DNA of 64,000 nt from Endomicrobiales bacterium (lineage in GTDB: Bacteria; Elusimicrobiota; Endomicrobiia; Endomicrobiales; JALOBY01): assembly GCA_963796955.1 (NCBI GenBank), contig CAWCNJ010000008.1:32001-96000 (forward strand), given 5' to 3'. Below, in pieces: positions 9,457 through 19,334 of this stretch (the first letter of the stretch is position 1; the number at the start of each line of letters is the position of its first letter). The notes under the pieces were generated by a model, which was not told the DNA's origin, searched no databases, and worked only from the letters and a program-made list of their open reading frames with translations. Position numbers and translations under genes: made by a program.

Positions 9457-10333
9457 TAAAAAAATGAAGGTGGCAATACTTGGCAGCGGGTTGATAGGCA
9501 CCGACTTGTTGATAAAGATCCGGAGGTCAAAATACCTTGATTGTACGCTTTTTGTTGGCCGGAACCTGCAGTCCCAGGGGATGTCGAAGGCCGTGAGCCT
9601 TGGAGTGCCGGTATCTGACAGGAGTATCGAAGCTATTTCTGATAACCCGGAGAATTGCGAGCTGGTTTTCGACGCTACATCGGCGCATTTTCATCAAATC
9701 CACGCCCCGATCTTGAAAAAACTCGGGATAATGGCGATAGACATGACGCCGGCCCAGGTTGGCAGTATGTGTATACCAGCCGTTAACCTGCAAGAATGCC
9801 TCGGAAAAGATAATGTCAACATGGTAACCTGCGGCGGTCAGGCTTCAACCCCGATAGCATACGCGATAGGCCAGGTTCATAAAGATGTTGAGTATATAGA
9901 GGTAATTTCAACTATCGCTTCACGCAGCGCCGGGCCTGCCACGCGCGCGAACCTTGATGAGTATATTGAGACGACTGAGAGAGCCGTTAAAACTTTTTCC
10001 GGCGCCAGGAAGACAAAAGCGGTTCTGGTTTTAAATCCCGCTCAACCATGCATCAATATGCAGACAACCGTCTTCGCAAAAATAGCCAACCCCAAGATGG
10101 ATCAAATAAGCGCTGCCGTTAATGATATTGTGAAAAGAATACAAAAATATGTACCGGGCTATAATCTGGAAATCCCGCCGACCTTTGAGAACAACAGGGT
10201 AATAACAATGGTTCGCGTCCAGGGTATAGGAGACTATTTGCCCAGTTACGCGGGGAACCTTGACATAATTAACTGCGCGGCAGTCGCGACTGCTGAAGAG
10301 TACGCAAAATTAAAATACGGTATAAAAGATTAG
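9449..10333 (+). CDS. mhpF: Acetaldehyde dehydrogenase (acetylating), DmpF/MhpF family
   Basis: KVAILGSGLIGTDL, VFDATSA, NVNMVTCGGQAS, SAGPATRANLDEY, YAGNLDI. Confidence 0.92.
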   Translation: MANKKMKVAILGSGLIGTDLLIKIRRSKYLDCTLFVGRNLQSQGMSKAVSLGVPVSDRSIEAISDNPENCELVFDATSAHFHQIHAPILKKLGIMAIDMTPAQVGSMCIPAVNLQECLGKDNVNMVTCGGQASTPIAYAIGQVHKDVEYIEVISTIASRSAGPATRANLDEYIETTERAVKTFSGARKTKAVLVLNPAQPCINMQTTVFAKIANPKMDQISAAVNDIVKRIQKYVPGYNLEIPPTFENNRVITMVRVQGIGDYLPSYAGNLDIINCAAVATAEEYAKLKYGIKD

Positions 10334-10346
10334 CAGAGGGGCCTTA

Positions 10347-11357
10347 ATGAAAAATATTCTTATCACTGATCCGACATTAAGAGATGGTTCTCACGCTGTA
10401 GGGCATCAGCTTAGCGCGGCCCAGATAGCCACTTATTGTAAAGCCGCGGAAGCAGCCGGTATCCCGATAGTTGAGGTCGGACATGGCAATGGCCTCGGGG
10501 CGTCGTCCCTTCAGGTAGGCTTAAGCCTTATCGATGACGCACAGATGCTGAAAGTAGCGAGAGAAAACCTGAAAAAGAGCAAGCTCGAGATCTTTGTTAT
10601 TCCGGGCTTTGCGACTATAAACAAAGATTTAGAACCGGCGCTGGAGGCCGGTGTTGATGCGGTACGGGTTGCCTCTCATTGTACGGAGGCCGACCTGACC
10701 GAACGCCATATCAGTTTTGTGAGGAAAAAGGGGAAGCTCGCTTACGGGTGTCTGATGATGACACACATGGCTTCCAAAGAAACCCTTCTGGAAGAAGCAC
10801 GCAAAATGGAATCATACGGCGCTCAGGGTGTGATATTAATGGATTCAGCTGGCGCCTACCTGCCGATGGATGTACGGGAAAAAGTGGGTATACTCGCCGA
10901 AAACCTGAACATCCCTGTTGGCTTTCACGCGCACAATAATCTTAGTATGGCTGTTGCCAATTCAATAACGGCCGTAGAAGCCGGGGCTTCGATCCTGGAC
11001 GGTACAGCCAAAGGATTCGGCGCCGGAGCGGGTAATACCCCTATAGAGATCATGGTGGCTGTTCTGGGGAAGTTAGGCTACTCTACCGGCATAGACCTTT
11101 ATAAGATCCTTGATGCCAGTGATATCGCGGAAAAGGAACTGATGAAGATCCTCCCCAGTATTAAATCTGTCAGCGTAGTCAGCGGCCTTGCTGGAGTTTT
11201 TTCCGGCTTTTCCAAGCATGTCGAACGAGTTGCAAACGAATATAAACTTGATCCAAGAGACATTTTCTTTGAGCTTGGCAAACGAAAAGTTGTCGGTGGC
11301 CAGGAAGATATTATCGTTGAAGTAGCTATACAATTATCCCAAAAAGGGAGAAAATAA
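10347..11357 (+). CDS. dmpG: 4-hydroxy-2-oxovalerate aldolase, DmpG/MhpE family
   Basis: DPTLRDGSHA, EVGHGNGLGASS, HCTEAD, GFHAHNNL, GAGAGN, VVGGQED. Confidence 0.92.
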   Translation: MKNILITDPTLRDGSHAVGHQLSAAQIATYCKAAEAAGIPIVEVGHGNGLGASSLQVGLSLIDDAQMLKVARENLKKSKLEIFVIPGFATINKDLEPALEAGVDAVRVASHCTEADLTERHISFVRKKGKLAYGCLMMTHMASKETLLEEARKMESYGAQGVILMDSAGAYLPMDVREKVGILAENLNIPVGFHAHNNLSMAVANSITAVEAGASILDGTAKGFGAGAGNTPIEIMVAVLGKLGYSTGIDLYKILDASDIAEKELMKILPSIKSVSVVSGLAGVFSGFSKHVERVANEYKLDPRDIFFELGKRKVVGGQEDIIVEVAIQLSQKGRK

Positions 11358-12412
11358 TGCCAAAGCAGATAAACAACCTCATCATAAATGATTGTGAAGA
11401 AGCAGTAGGAAATTCACCGGAAATGCTGCAGGCGCTGAAAAATGAAACTATTTTCATATCCGGCGGCACAGGTTTCACGGGCACGTGGCTCGCTGAATTA
11501 ATATCTTTTTTGAACGACCGGCATTCGTTCAATACAAAAATGATACTTCTGTCAGAGCACGCCTTCAGTTTTAGTTCCAAAGCCCCTCATTTAGCCACAC
11601 GTAAGGATATCACATTAATAGAAAAGGATGTTCGGAACCTGGTTGAGATCTCTCAGGAAGTTACGTATATAATACACGCTGCCGCTAATCCGGACAACCG
11701 TCAGCATTCGTCAGACCCTCTTAAGGTTATGGACGTGATATCTAAGGGGACGAACACGGTACTAAACGCCGCCAGCCGCCTGCCGAATATAAAAAAGATA
11801 CTTAATGTCAGTTCAGGGCTTATATACGGTCCTCAGCCGCAGGAGTTGGAACGGATCCCCGAAATAGCGCATGGCGGGCCGGATTGTGATTCAATACTCT
11901 CCATATACTCCGAAGCAAAGAGATACGCCGAAACTCTTTGCACAGCCTTCAGGAACCAATTCAAACTGCCAATAGTCACCGCGAGGCCTTTTGCGTTTAT
12001 CGGCCCCTACCAGCTTTTGGATAAACCGTGGGCAATTAACAATTTCATCAGGGACAGCTTGCTGGGCGGACCTATCAGGATACTGGGTGATGAAAATACG
12101 GTCAGAAGCTATATGTACGCGAGCGATATGGCTGTTTGGCTCCTGAAAATGCTTGTTGATGGTAAACCAGGACAGGCTTATAATGTTGGTAGCCCTGACG
12201 GGATCACACTTAAACAGCTATCTGAACGCATAGCCTCCCATTTTCCAGCAGCGCCGGAGATAGTCCACGTGCCTGTAAGCAGGTCGGTCTCAAGATCCAG
12301 GTTCGTGCCGGATGTAGCTCTGGCTCGGAATTCTCTGGGTTTGACCGTTAAGGTGGATATTGACGAAGCCATAAAGCGTACGATGATGTGGCACAAGTCC
12401 AAGGGAATATAG
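11357..12412 (+). CDS. NAD-dependent epimerase/dehydratase (extended SDR)
   Basis: ISGGTGFTG, YSEAKRYAE (YxxxK), RPFAFIGP. Confidence 0.85.
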   Translation: MPKQINNLIINDCEEAVGNSPEMLQALKNETIFISGGTGFTGTWLAELISFLNDRHSFNTKMILLSEHAFSFSSKAPHLATRKDITLIEKDVRNLVEISQEVTYIIHAAANPDNRQHSSDPLKVMDVISKGTNTVLNAASRLPNIKKILNVSSGLIYGPQPQELERIPEIAHGGPDCDSILSIYSEAKRYAETLCTAFRNQFKLPIVTARPFAFIGPYQLLDKPWAINNFIRDSLLGGPIRILGDENTVRSYMYASDMAVWLLKMLVDGKPGQAYNVGSPDGITLKQLSERIASHFPAAPEIVHVPVSRSVSRSRFVPDVALARNSLGLTVKVDIDEAIKRTMMWHKSKGI

Positions 12413-12420
12413 CTCTCTAA

Positions 12421-13356
12421 ATGAAAAATGAGAAAAGAATTTTTATAACCGGAGCCCGCGGCTTCATAGGAAGATCATTAGTCGAATACTATAGCGCTTA
12501 CTGCTCCGATAAATACGATTTGTTCTTTCCCTATCATAACGAACTGGAACTTACAAATCCTATCGCTGTCAGGGAGTATATTAAAGAGAACAATATAGAC
12601 ACGGTCATTCATACCGCGAACGTCGGTGGGTCTAGAAAAACCCAGTACGACACAGGCAAAACCGACGTTGTTACAGCGAACCTTGGGATGTTTTTTAATA
12701 TTGTCCGATGCAGTGATCTGGTAAAGAAAATTATTTATTACGGTAGCGGCGCGGAATACTCCTGTCTTAATTATGTGCCATCAATGGTTGAAGGCTATTT
12801 TGATACTTTTGTTCCTTCCGATTCGTATGGGTTTTCAAAATATGTTTGTTCGAAATACGCTGAAAAAAACAATAAGATAACGAATCTGAGGCTTTTCGGC
12901 GTTTTCGGGAAGAATGAGGACCATTCCATCCGGTTCATATCAAATGCTATTTTGAAAAACTTATTCGGACTACCCATTGTTGTTAATCAAAACGTGCGCT
13001 TTGATTACCTTTATATAGACGACCTTGCTCGAATAACTATGCATTTCATAGAGAATGACAGTAAATGCAATGTCTTTAATACGTGTACGGGTAATCCTAT
13101 CGACCTGGTTACGATCGCGGAAATGATAAATTCTATTAGCGATAACAAGTCTGCCATTATTGTCAAGAATCAGGGAATGAACAGGGAATACAGCGGTGAT
13201 AACAGCAGGCTTGCGGAAGAACTGGGCAAATTCAATTTCACATCCATGGAGAAGGCGCTCAAAGAATTGTACGGCTACTTCAAACTCAATTTAGATAAGT
13301 TCGATAAAAAGATATTCACTGACGATGAATATATTAAATACTGTAAGAAATGCTGA
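12421..13356 (+). CDS. NAD-dependent epimerase/reductase (extended SDR)
   Basis: ITGARGFIG, GSGAEY, YGFSK, LRLFGVFG. Confidence 0.85.
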   Translation: MKNEKRIFITGARGFIGRSLVEYYSAYCSDKYDLFFPYHNELELTNPIAVREYIKENNIDTVIHTANVGGSRKTQYDTGKTDVVTANLGMFFNIVRCSDLVKKIIYYGSGAEYSCLNYVPSMVEGYFDTFVPSDSYGFSKYVCSKYAEKNNKITNLRLFGVFGKNEDHSIRFISNAILKNLFGLPIVVNQNVRFDYLYIDDLARITMHFIENDSKCNVFNTCTGNPIDLVTIAEMINSISDNKSAIIVKNQGMNREYSGDNSRLAEELGKFNFTSMEKALKELYGYFKLNLDKFDKKIFTDDEYIKYCKKC

Positions 13357-13445
13357 AGATCGACCAGTTTCGTATTTTAAGAATCAAAAATCTGTTTCTT
13401 CGTTCATGGCTCCATTCTTGGCAGGTTTTCAGCCTGTAATCTGAT

Positions 13446-15113
13446 GTGTTGTTGATTATTCAAAGGATGTCTTTAATGCATTTACTCTCGATTCTCATGT
13501 GGTTCATTGTCTTACTTGTTTCCGTCAAAGTTATCAGAGAGAATCGATATCTGTTTACGGCTGACAATGCGCAAATTAATAAATTCATGCTTATACCAGT
13601 ATCCTTGTTCGTAACCTGTTCTCTTTATTACTTGTACCTGCATATTTACTACATACCGGGTCGTGATACTTCATATGCTGTGTTTCTTGCTCCAAGATTT
13701 TATGGTTCAATGAATGATATGCCATCTGCTATCTTCAGTCAGTGGAAGGAATTGTCCGTGATTTTTCCCGCTCTTATGATAATTATCAGTTGTGCTTTCT
13801 GGTCAGGGCTGATTAAGAATATCTCTTTTAAGAGCTTCCTGGTCTTTATATATTTCTCAGCGCTTTTGTCTGAATTTTTATTTGTCTTTTTTACCGGGCA
13901 CGGGATCCAGCATATTGCAATGCAGGCTAGCTCTATAAATAATGGTATTTGGTATTCGATCACGTTATTGCAAAGCCAATTCGCGGGAATGCATGATTTG
14001 GATAAATTGAGATACATTTTCCAGGTTCTATGTGCTAATTATTCTCCCTACACGATCCCCGGGACCACACATCCCGCAGGTATGTTCATTATAACATTCG
14101 CGATACATAAGATGTCTTATTTACTCGCAATGGATCTCTTTCATGATATTCGCTTTATGCAATACTTTTGGGGATTTATTGTGTCTGCTGTTGGTACACT
14201 GATTATTCCCGTTACAATGCTTGTAGCGCGAGAACTTTACAATGAAAAATCTGCGCGGTTAACAGGGATCATGATGATCGCCGTTCCGTCAGTGTGTATG
14301 CATTTTTGTTCTGTGATAGATGTTGTTGCATCTTTCTTCATAGCAGCGGGAATTCTCGGGATGGTTTCATATTTAAAAAATATTGGTAAGTCGAAAAATA
14401 GTAAAAGTCTCAGGTCTTTCGTATACGGGTTGGCCGCGGGTACCTCTTTCACACTTGCCGCACAGATAACATTCGGACATGCTATTCCTATTTTTGCCTT
14501 ATTGGCGGCTTTCATTTATATGTCTTGGGGGACAGGTACGAGAAGACTACTTGTTTTTTTGAGTGGGCTGATAATACCGGCAATGTTGTATTTTGTATTT
14601 GAGTATTATATAAGCAACGGAAAACTGTTCTACATTGTCAGAGCTTTTACTATAACAAAAATCGTCGAGACCGGGCTTGAAGGATTCCGTCCTTACCCTG
14701 TGTCTCAAATCGCCAATTTCATCGTAATGTTCATAATGGGTGGGATCTTGTTCCTGCCGGTGCTTTTCCACACTACTATTTCCTTTTTTTCTCAGCTAAT
14801 TATGCATTTCAAAAATCGCGTTACTATCATAAACAATAAACAACGGATCAAAAATTTCCTGACAGCTGCAACATTTATAATGTTCGTAATGCTCGCCAGT
14901 CAGAAAACGGTACGATTAGAGACGGAGAGAACATGGCACTGGTTCTTCGTTCCGGTTTGGATGTTGTCGTCCGTTTTCTTTAACAGCATTTATGAAACAT
15001 TTAGGCGTTTGTTCAATATTGAAAAAGATACACTTTATCCGGCGTATTTTTTCGTTTGCTTTCAAATGGTACTCACGGTGGTTCTGGCAATGTGCATTCA
15101 AGATTACTATTAA
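13446..15113 (+). CDS. Polytopic membrane protein, possible GT-C fold glycosyltransferase
   Basis: More than 10 hydrophobic segments with an extracytoplasmic-looking loop carrying THPAG and a late ETERTW motif. Start codon uncertain. Confidence 0.5.
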   Translation: MLLIIQRMSLMHLLSILMWFIVLLVSVKVIRENRYLFTADNAQINKFMLIPVSLFVTCSLYYLYLHIYYIPGRDTSYAVFLAPRFYGSMNDMPSAIFSQWKELSVIFPALMIIISCAFWSGLIKNISFKSFLVFIYFSALLSEFLFVFFTGHGIQHIAMQASSINNGIWYSITLLQSQFAGMHDLDKLRYIFQVLCANYSPYTIPGTTHPAGMFIITFAIHKMSYLLAMDLFHDIRFMQYFWGFIVSAVGTLIIPVTMLVARELYNEKSARLTGIMMIAVPSVCMHFCSVIDVVASFFIAAGILGMVSYLKNIGKSKNSKSLRSFVYGLAAGTSFTLAAQITFGHAIPIFALLAAFIYMSWGTGTRRLLVFLSGLIIPAMLYFVFEYYISNGKLFYIVRAFTITKIVETGLEGFRPYPVSQIANFIVMFIMGGILFLPVLFHTTISFFSQLIMHFKNRVTIINNKQRIKNFLTAATFIMFVMLASQKTVRLETERTWHWFFVPVWMLSSVFFNSIYETFRRLFNIEKDTLYPAYFFVCFQMVLTVVLAMCIQDYY

Positions 15114-15131
15114 TAGCTAAGGAGAGAAAAC

Positions 15132-16448
15132 ATGATTTTTGAAAACAAATTGAGATCGGAGATCCTGAGTAAGGTTGTTAGCTATTATAAAAAAACTAGA
15201 AAAGCTGATAGATTCATTCCCGGCAAAGATTATATTAACTACGCTGGAAGAGTTTATGACGATAAAGAATTGGTCAACCTGGTCGACTCGTCCCTTGATT
15301 TCTGGCTTACTACGGGAAGATATGCACAAGAGTTCGAAAAAAGACTTTCTGAATTCATTGGCGCTAACTACAGTCTTCTAACCAATTCGGGTTCATCGGC
15401 AAATCTCTTGGCAGTGACTGCCTTAACATCTCCGTTGCTAAAGGAACGGCGTCTTAAACCTGGCGATGAAGTGATCACAACCGCTTGCGGCTTTCCTACA
15501 ACATTAAATCCTATAATACAGAATAATGCTGTTCCTGTATTTGTTGATATAGAACTCGGCACTTATAACATAGACGTCAAGAAGCTGCAAAAAGCGATCA
15601 CAAATAAGACAAAAGCTGTCGTAGTGGCACATACCCTCGGGAACCCTGTGAATATCGACGCTATAACCAAGATCTGCGATAAATATAAGCTGTGGTACAT
15701 AGAAGATAATTGCGATGCACTTGGATCTAGATACAGAGGGAAATATACAGGAACATTCGGGCATATCGCCACCTGCAGTTTCTATCCTGCCCATCACATT
15801 ACGATGGGAGAGGGCGGCGCGCTTCTGACAAACGATCCGCTGCTTCGCCGTATCATCATGTCGTTCAGGGACTGGGGCAGGGACTGCTGGTGTGAGGGGG
15901 GGCGCGACAATACATGCAATAACAGGTTCACTCAACAATTTGGCGAACTACCATTGGGCTATGATCACAAGTATGTCTACTCGCATATAGGATACAACCT
16001 GAAGGTAACTGATATGCAGGCCGCTATCGGTTGTGCCCAGATGAATAAACTGCCCAAGTTCATTAAGGCTAGGAAAGATAATTTTAACTTTTTAATGAAA
16101 AGCCTAGCGAAATACAGCAAATATCTTGTATTGCCTGAAGCAACGGATGGTTCTGACCCGAGCTGGTTTGGATTTACGATAATGGTGAAACCGGGTTGCC
16201 CGTTTTCAAGGGCTGATATAGTAAAATATCTTGAAGAGCACAAAGTAGCCACTAGAATGCTTTTCGGAGGTAATTTGACGAAGCAGCCTGCGTATCGTGA
16301 TATCAAATCAAGAATATCTGGCGGGTTGGTTAACACCGATATTGTTATGAATAACCTGTTTTGGATAGGGGTTTATCCAGGGATAACAAAAGATAAACTG
16401 TCATACATAAGTAAAACACTCGACAACTTTATGAGCAAATACACATGA
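15132..16448 (+). CDS. rfbH: CDP-4-keto-6-deoxy-D-glucose 3-dehydrase (E1, RfbH/DdhC)
   Basis: SFYPAHHITMGEGG (His in place of the PLP lysine), DWGRDCWC...NTC Fe-S cysteines, YDHKYVYSHIGYNLK. Confidence 0.95.
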   Translation: MIFENKLRSEILSKVVSYYKKTRKADRFIPGKDYINYAGRVYDDKELVNLVDSSLDFWLTTGRYAQEFEKRLSEFIGANYSLLTNSGSSANLLAVTALTSPLLKERRLKPGDEVITTACGFPTTLNPIIQNNAVPVFVDIELGTYNIDVKKLQKAITNKTKAVVVAHTLGNPVNIDAITKICDKYKLWYIEDNCDALGSRYRGKYTGTFGHIATCSFYPAHHITMGEGGALLTNDPLLRRIIMSFRDWGRDCWCEGGRDNTCNNRFTQQFGELPLGYDHKYVYSHIGYNLKVTDMQAAIGCAQMNKLPKFIKARKDNFNFLMKSLAKYSKYLVLPEATDGSDPSWFGFTIMVKPGCPFSRADIVKYLEEHKVATRMLFGGNLTKQPAYRDIKSRISGGLVNTDIVMNNLFWIGVYPGITKDKLSYISKTLDNFMSKYT

Positions 16449-17443
16449 AAATTGCGGCTATATTGCTTCGCTATGACTATGGCGACAAGGCCAGAGGGGA
16501 GTCTCTAGAAGCTAGAGGTATTTATCCGGCGCTAGAGAAAACAGGGATGGATATACATCCTTTCTGGTTCGACGAGTATCTTGCCGACAAGGAATCATTA
16601 CAAAAAGCCGTGATAAATTTCGTTGACAATGTTAAACCGGATTATGTATATTTCACCCTCATTCATGACGAATTCAGTTTTGAAACACTTGATTATCTGA
16701 AAGACAAGTATATCACAATTAACTGGTTCGCAGATGATAAATTCCGTTTTGATAGTTTTACCAGGCACTATGCACCTCATTTCACTTACTCTGTTACAAC
16801 AGACCGGTTTTCATTAAGAATGTATAAACAGATTGATTATAAGAATGTACTGTTGACCCAATGGGCCGCGTTTGAGACTGCCGACGCTTCAAACATTGAT
16901 AAAACAGAGTATCAATATGATGTCTCATTCGTCGGAATGGCGACAGGATATCGTAAATGGATAATTAAAGAACTTTCTAAGGCTGGAATTGAAGTCGCTT
17001 GTTTCGGACACGGGTGGCCTAAAGGTCGCGTGTCTTTTGAACAGTTCAAAAATATTATCAAACTTTCCAGGATAAACCTGAATATTTCTAACAGCGTTTC
17101 ATATGATATCAGATATATAGTTTCAAGTATCGGCAGTTTCAAGGAATTTCTGAGATGTCCGAAAAGATCCGAAGATATAAAAGCTCGCAATTATGAGATC
17201 CCTGCATTGGGAGGGTTTGAATTAACGAACTATGTCCTTGGTTTGGAGCAATATTTTGTCATCGGATCCGAGATAGCTGTTTATGGCAATATAGAGGAAT
17301 TGACGGTCCAGATCAATTATTACCTTGAGAATGAAGATGAAAGGCAGAAAATATTACAGTGCGGTTACAATAAGGCGGTAGTTAACAATACATATTACAA
17401 CAGATTAAACGACATATTCACTGCAATTGGAAAATGCAAATGA
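16445..17443 (+). CDS. Glycosyltransferase, CgeB-like
   Basis: NWFADD, YDVSFVG, SRINLNIS, IKARNYEIP..GGF. Confidence 0.75.
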   Translation: MKIAAILLRYDYGDKARGESLEARGIYPALEKTGMDIHPFWFDEYLADKESLQKAVINFVDNVKPDYVYFTLIHDEFSFETLDYLKDKYITINWFADDKFRFDSFTRHYAPHFTYSVTTDRFSLRMYKQIDYKNVLLTQWAAFETADASNIDKTEYQYDVSFVGMATGYRKWIIKELSKAGIEVACFGHGWPKGRVSFEQFKNIIKLSRINLNISNSVSYDIRYIVSSIGSFKEFLRCPKRSEDIKARNYEIPALGGFELTNYVLGLEQYFVIGSEIAVYGNIEELTVQINYYLENEDERQKILQCGYNKAVVNNTYYNRLNDIFTAIGKCK

Positions 17444-18447
17444 TAAAAGCGGCGTTCTTTACAAGTAAACCATTCCTCAACAACAAACAGTTTAATATTT
17501 TCGACAAAGATTTCAATAGAGATAACTGTTTATACCCATTATATGCTCTTAAAGAAGGATTGAAGGCAAGAGGTGTTGATCTTAGTACCCAAGACATAAA
17601 CACACTTGAAGAAAGCGAGATAGTAATATTTAATGATATGCCTGATAAACTGCCGACTAAGAAAAGAGGTCAAAGATATTATCTGATAGCATTGGAAAGT
17701 ATCGCTGTAAACCAGCGCAACTATGATCGCTCTTTGTACGGTAATTTTGATAAAGTCTTTACTTGGCATGACGACCTTGTGGATGGCGTTGACGTTATCA
17801 AGATCAATTATTCGTTTTTGTTTGATCCCACTGACGATCTCGTTCCTGAAGAGAGACATAAACTGGTATGTCTGATAGCGAACAATAAGAACTCTGACTA
17901 CCCGAATGAACTATATTCAGAACGATTGAAAGCGATCCGCTGGTTCGAAAATAATCACCCAGAAGACTTTGATCTTTATGGTATTGGGTGGGACAAACAT
18001 ACGTTTAAAGGGCTCTTTGCGCCTCTTAACAGGTCAAAGTTCCTGAGGAACCTTTTTAAGGAAAAATATCCTTCGTATCGCGGGCAGATCAAGGTAAAAA
18101 AGGATGTTTTGTCTAAATACCGTTTTTCCATATGTTATGAAAACATAAAGGATATCCCAGGGTATATCACTGAGAAGATCTTTGACAGCTTTTTTGCCGC
18201 CTGTGTACCGATTTACTGCGGAGCCAACAATATTCAAGATTATGTCCCAAAACAATGCTTCATTGATAAAAACGATTTTAATACATATGAACAGCTGCAC
18301 ACATTTATTAAAAGCATGTCTGTAACAGAATATAAGTGCATGAGGGACGAGATAAAGTCATATTTAAATGGCAGGCAAAGTGTTGCTTTTCAGGCGAAAT
18401 ACTTTGCTGAGACGATAGTTAATTCCATTTGTCAATCAACCTTATGA
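17440..18447 (+). CDS. Glycosyltransferase family 10 (alpha-1,3-fucosyltransferase-like)
   Basis: YRFSICYEN...GYITEKIFD.F.A.CVPIYCG motif. Confidence 0.85.
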   Translation: MIKAAFFTSKPFLNNKQFNIFDKDFNRDNCLYPLYALKEGLKARGVDLSTQDINTLEESEIVIFNDMPDKLPTKKRGQRYYLIALESIAVNQRNYDRSLYGNFDKVFTWHDDLVDGVDVIKINYSFLFDPTDDLVPEERHKLVCLIANNKNSDYPNELYSERLKAIRWFENNHPEDFDLYGIGWDKHTFKGLFAPLNRSKFLRNLFKEKYPSYRGQIKVKKDVLSKYRFSICYENIKDIPGYITEKIFDSFFAACVPIYCGANNIQDYVPKQCFIDKNDFNTYEQLHTFIKSMSVTEYKCMRDEIKSYLNGRQSVAFQAKYFAETIVNSICQSTL

Positions 18448-19334
18448 AGAATACTAAAATTGTGCTGACCATCGCCATACCGACATATAACAGGTGTGAA
18501 TATCTCAAAGAACTGCTGCCGACAGTTATTGAACAGGTAAATAAGCTTGGTGTGAATAGTGAGAATATCGAAATTCTTATTAGTGATAACGCATCAACTG
18601 ATTCGACAAGCGAGTATGTCTCAATATACACTGATCCCAGAATAAGTTACTATTGCAACGAAGTAAACATTGGCGGCGATAAAAACTTTATAGAATGCGT
18701 TCGCAGAGCAAAGGGGAAATACGTATGGTTGTTCGGTGATGATGAGATACTGTTAAATAATGCCTTAAGCACGATATTTGATATAGTCAATCGCGCTGAT
18801 CCGGTGTTAATAACGGTCGGCAACGGAAGATACGGTGATATAAATAAAACACGAACATTTGAAGATTATAGTGCGTTTTTGTGTCATGTCCTTAAGGCGC
18901 AGCCGAATTATTTGATAGCAAATACGCTTATAACAAGTAATATTTTCGCAAAAGATGTCTTTGATCTTGAAGTAGCAACTCGCTATTTAAACACAAACTA
19001 CGGGCATATGTACGCCATTGTCGGCAATCTATCCAAAGGCGGTAAGGTACATTTATCTATTGAAAATATATTCAAGGTTCGTGATCAACGAGCCCCATTT
19101 TCAACTAAGCTAAGATTCCTGAGATTCAAGTTGGTTGGTTATTTGTGGCAATTGGGTAGAATTTATAAAGATTCTCCAGTTGAACACTACTGTTACAGGT
19201 TCCTTATAGAATGTATAATTGACGATATGTTTTTCAAAGTGCCTAGAATGTTGTTTTCTGAGACCAATTATAATAAATACTTTAATTTTATACGGAAATG
19301 CTATCGGATCGTTAAGGGCAAAGGAAATAAATGA
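18444..19334 (+). CDS. GT2 glycosyltransferase
   Basis: LTIAIPTYNR, ISDNASTD, WLFGDDE. Confidence 0.85.
   Translation: MKNTKIVLTIAIPTYNRCEYLKELLPTVIEQVNKLGVNSENIEILISDNASTDSTSEYVSIYTDPRISYYCNEVNIGGDKNFIECVRRAKGKYVWLFGDDEILLNNALSTIFDIVNRADPVLITVGNGRYGDINKTRTFEDYSAFLCHVLKAQPNYLIANTLITSNIFAKDVFDLEVATRYLNTNYGHMYAIVGNLSKGGKVHLSIENIFKVRDQRAPFSTKLRFLRFKLVGYLWQLGRIYKDSPVEHYCYRFLIECIIDDMFFKVPRMLFSETNYNKYFNFIRKCYRIVKGKGNK

Noticed and set aside
9449..11357. Aromatic meta-cleavage pathway
   Set aside because: No dioxygenase, hydrolase or hydratase genes nearby; context points to a biosynthetic role.
13350..13445. Short ORF (MLKIDQF...FSL*) in frame with the 13446 membrane protein and separated from it by one TAA, suggesting a nonsense mutation or read-through
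   Set aside because: No recognisable homology in the 29-aa peptide and alternative starts exist downstream; cannot be supported without ortholog alignment.
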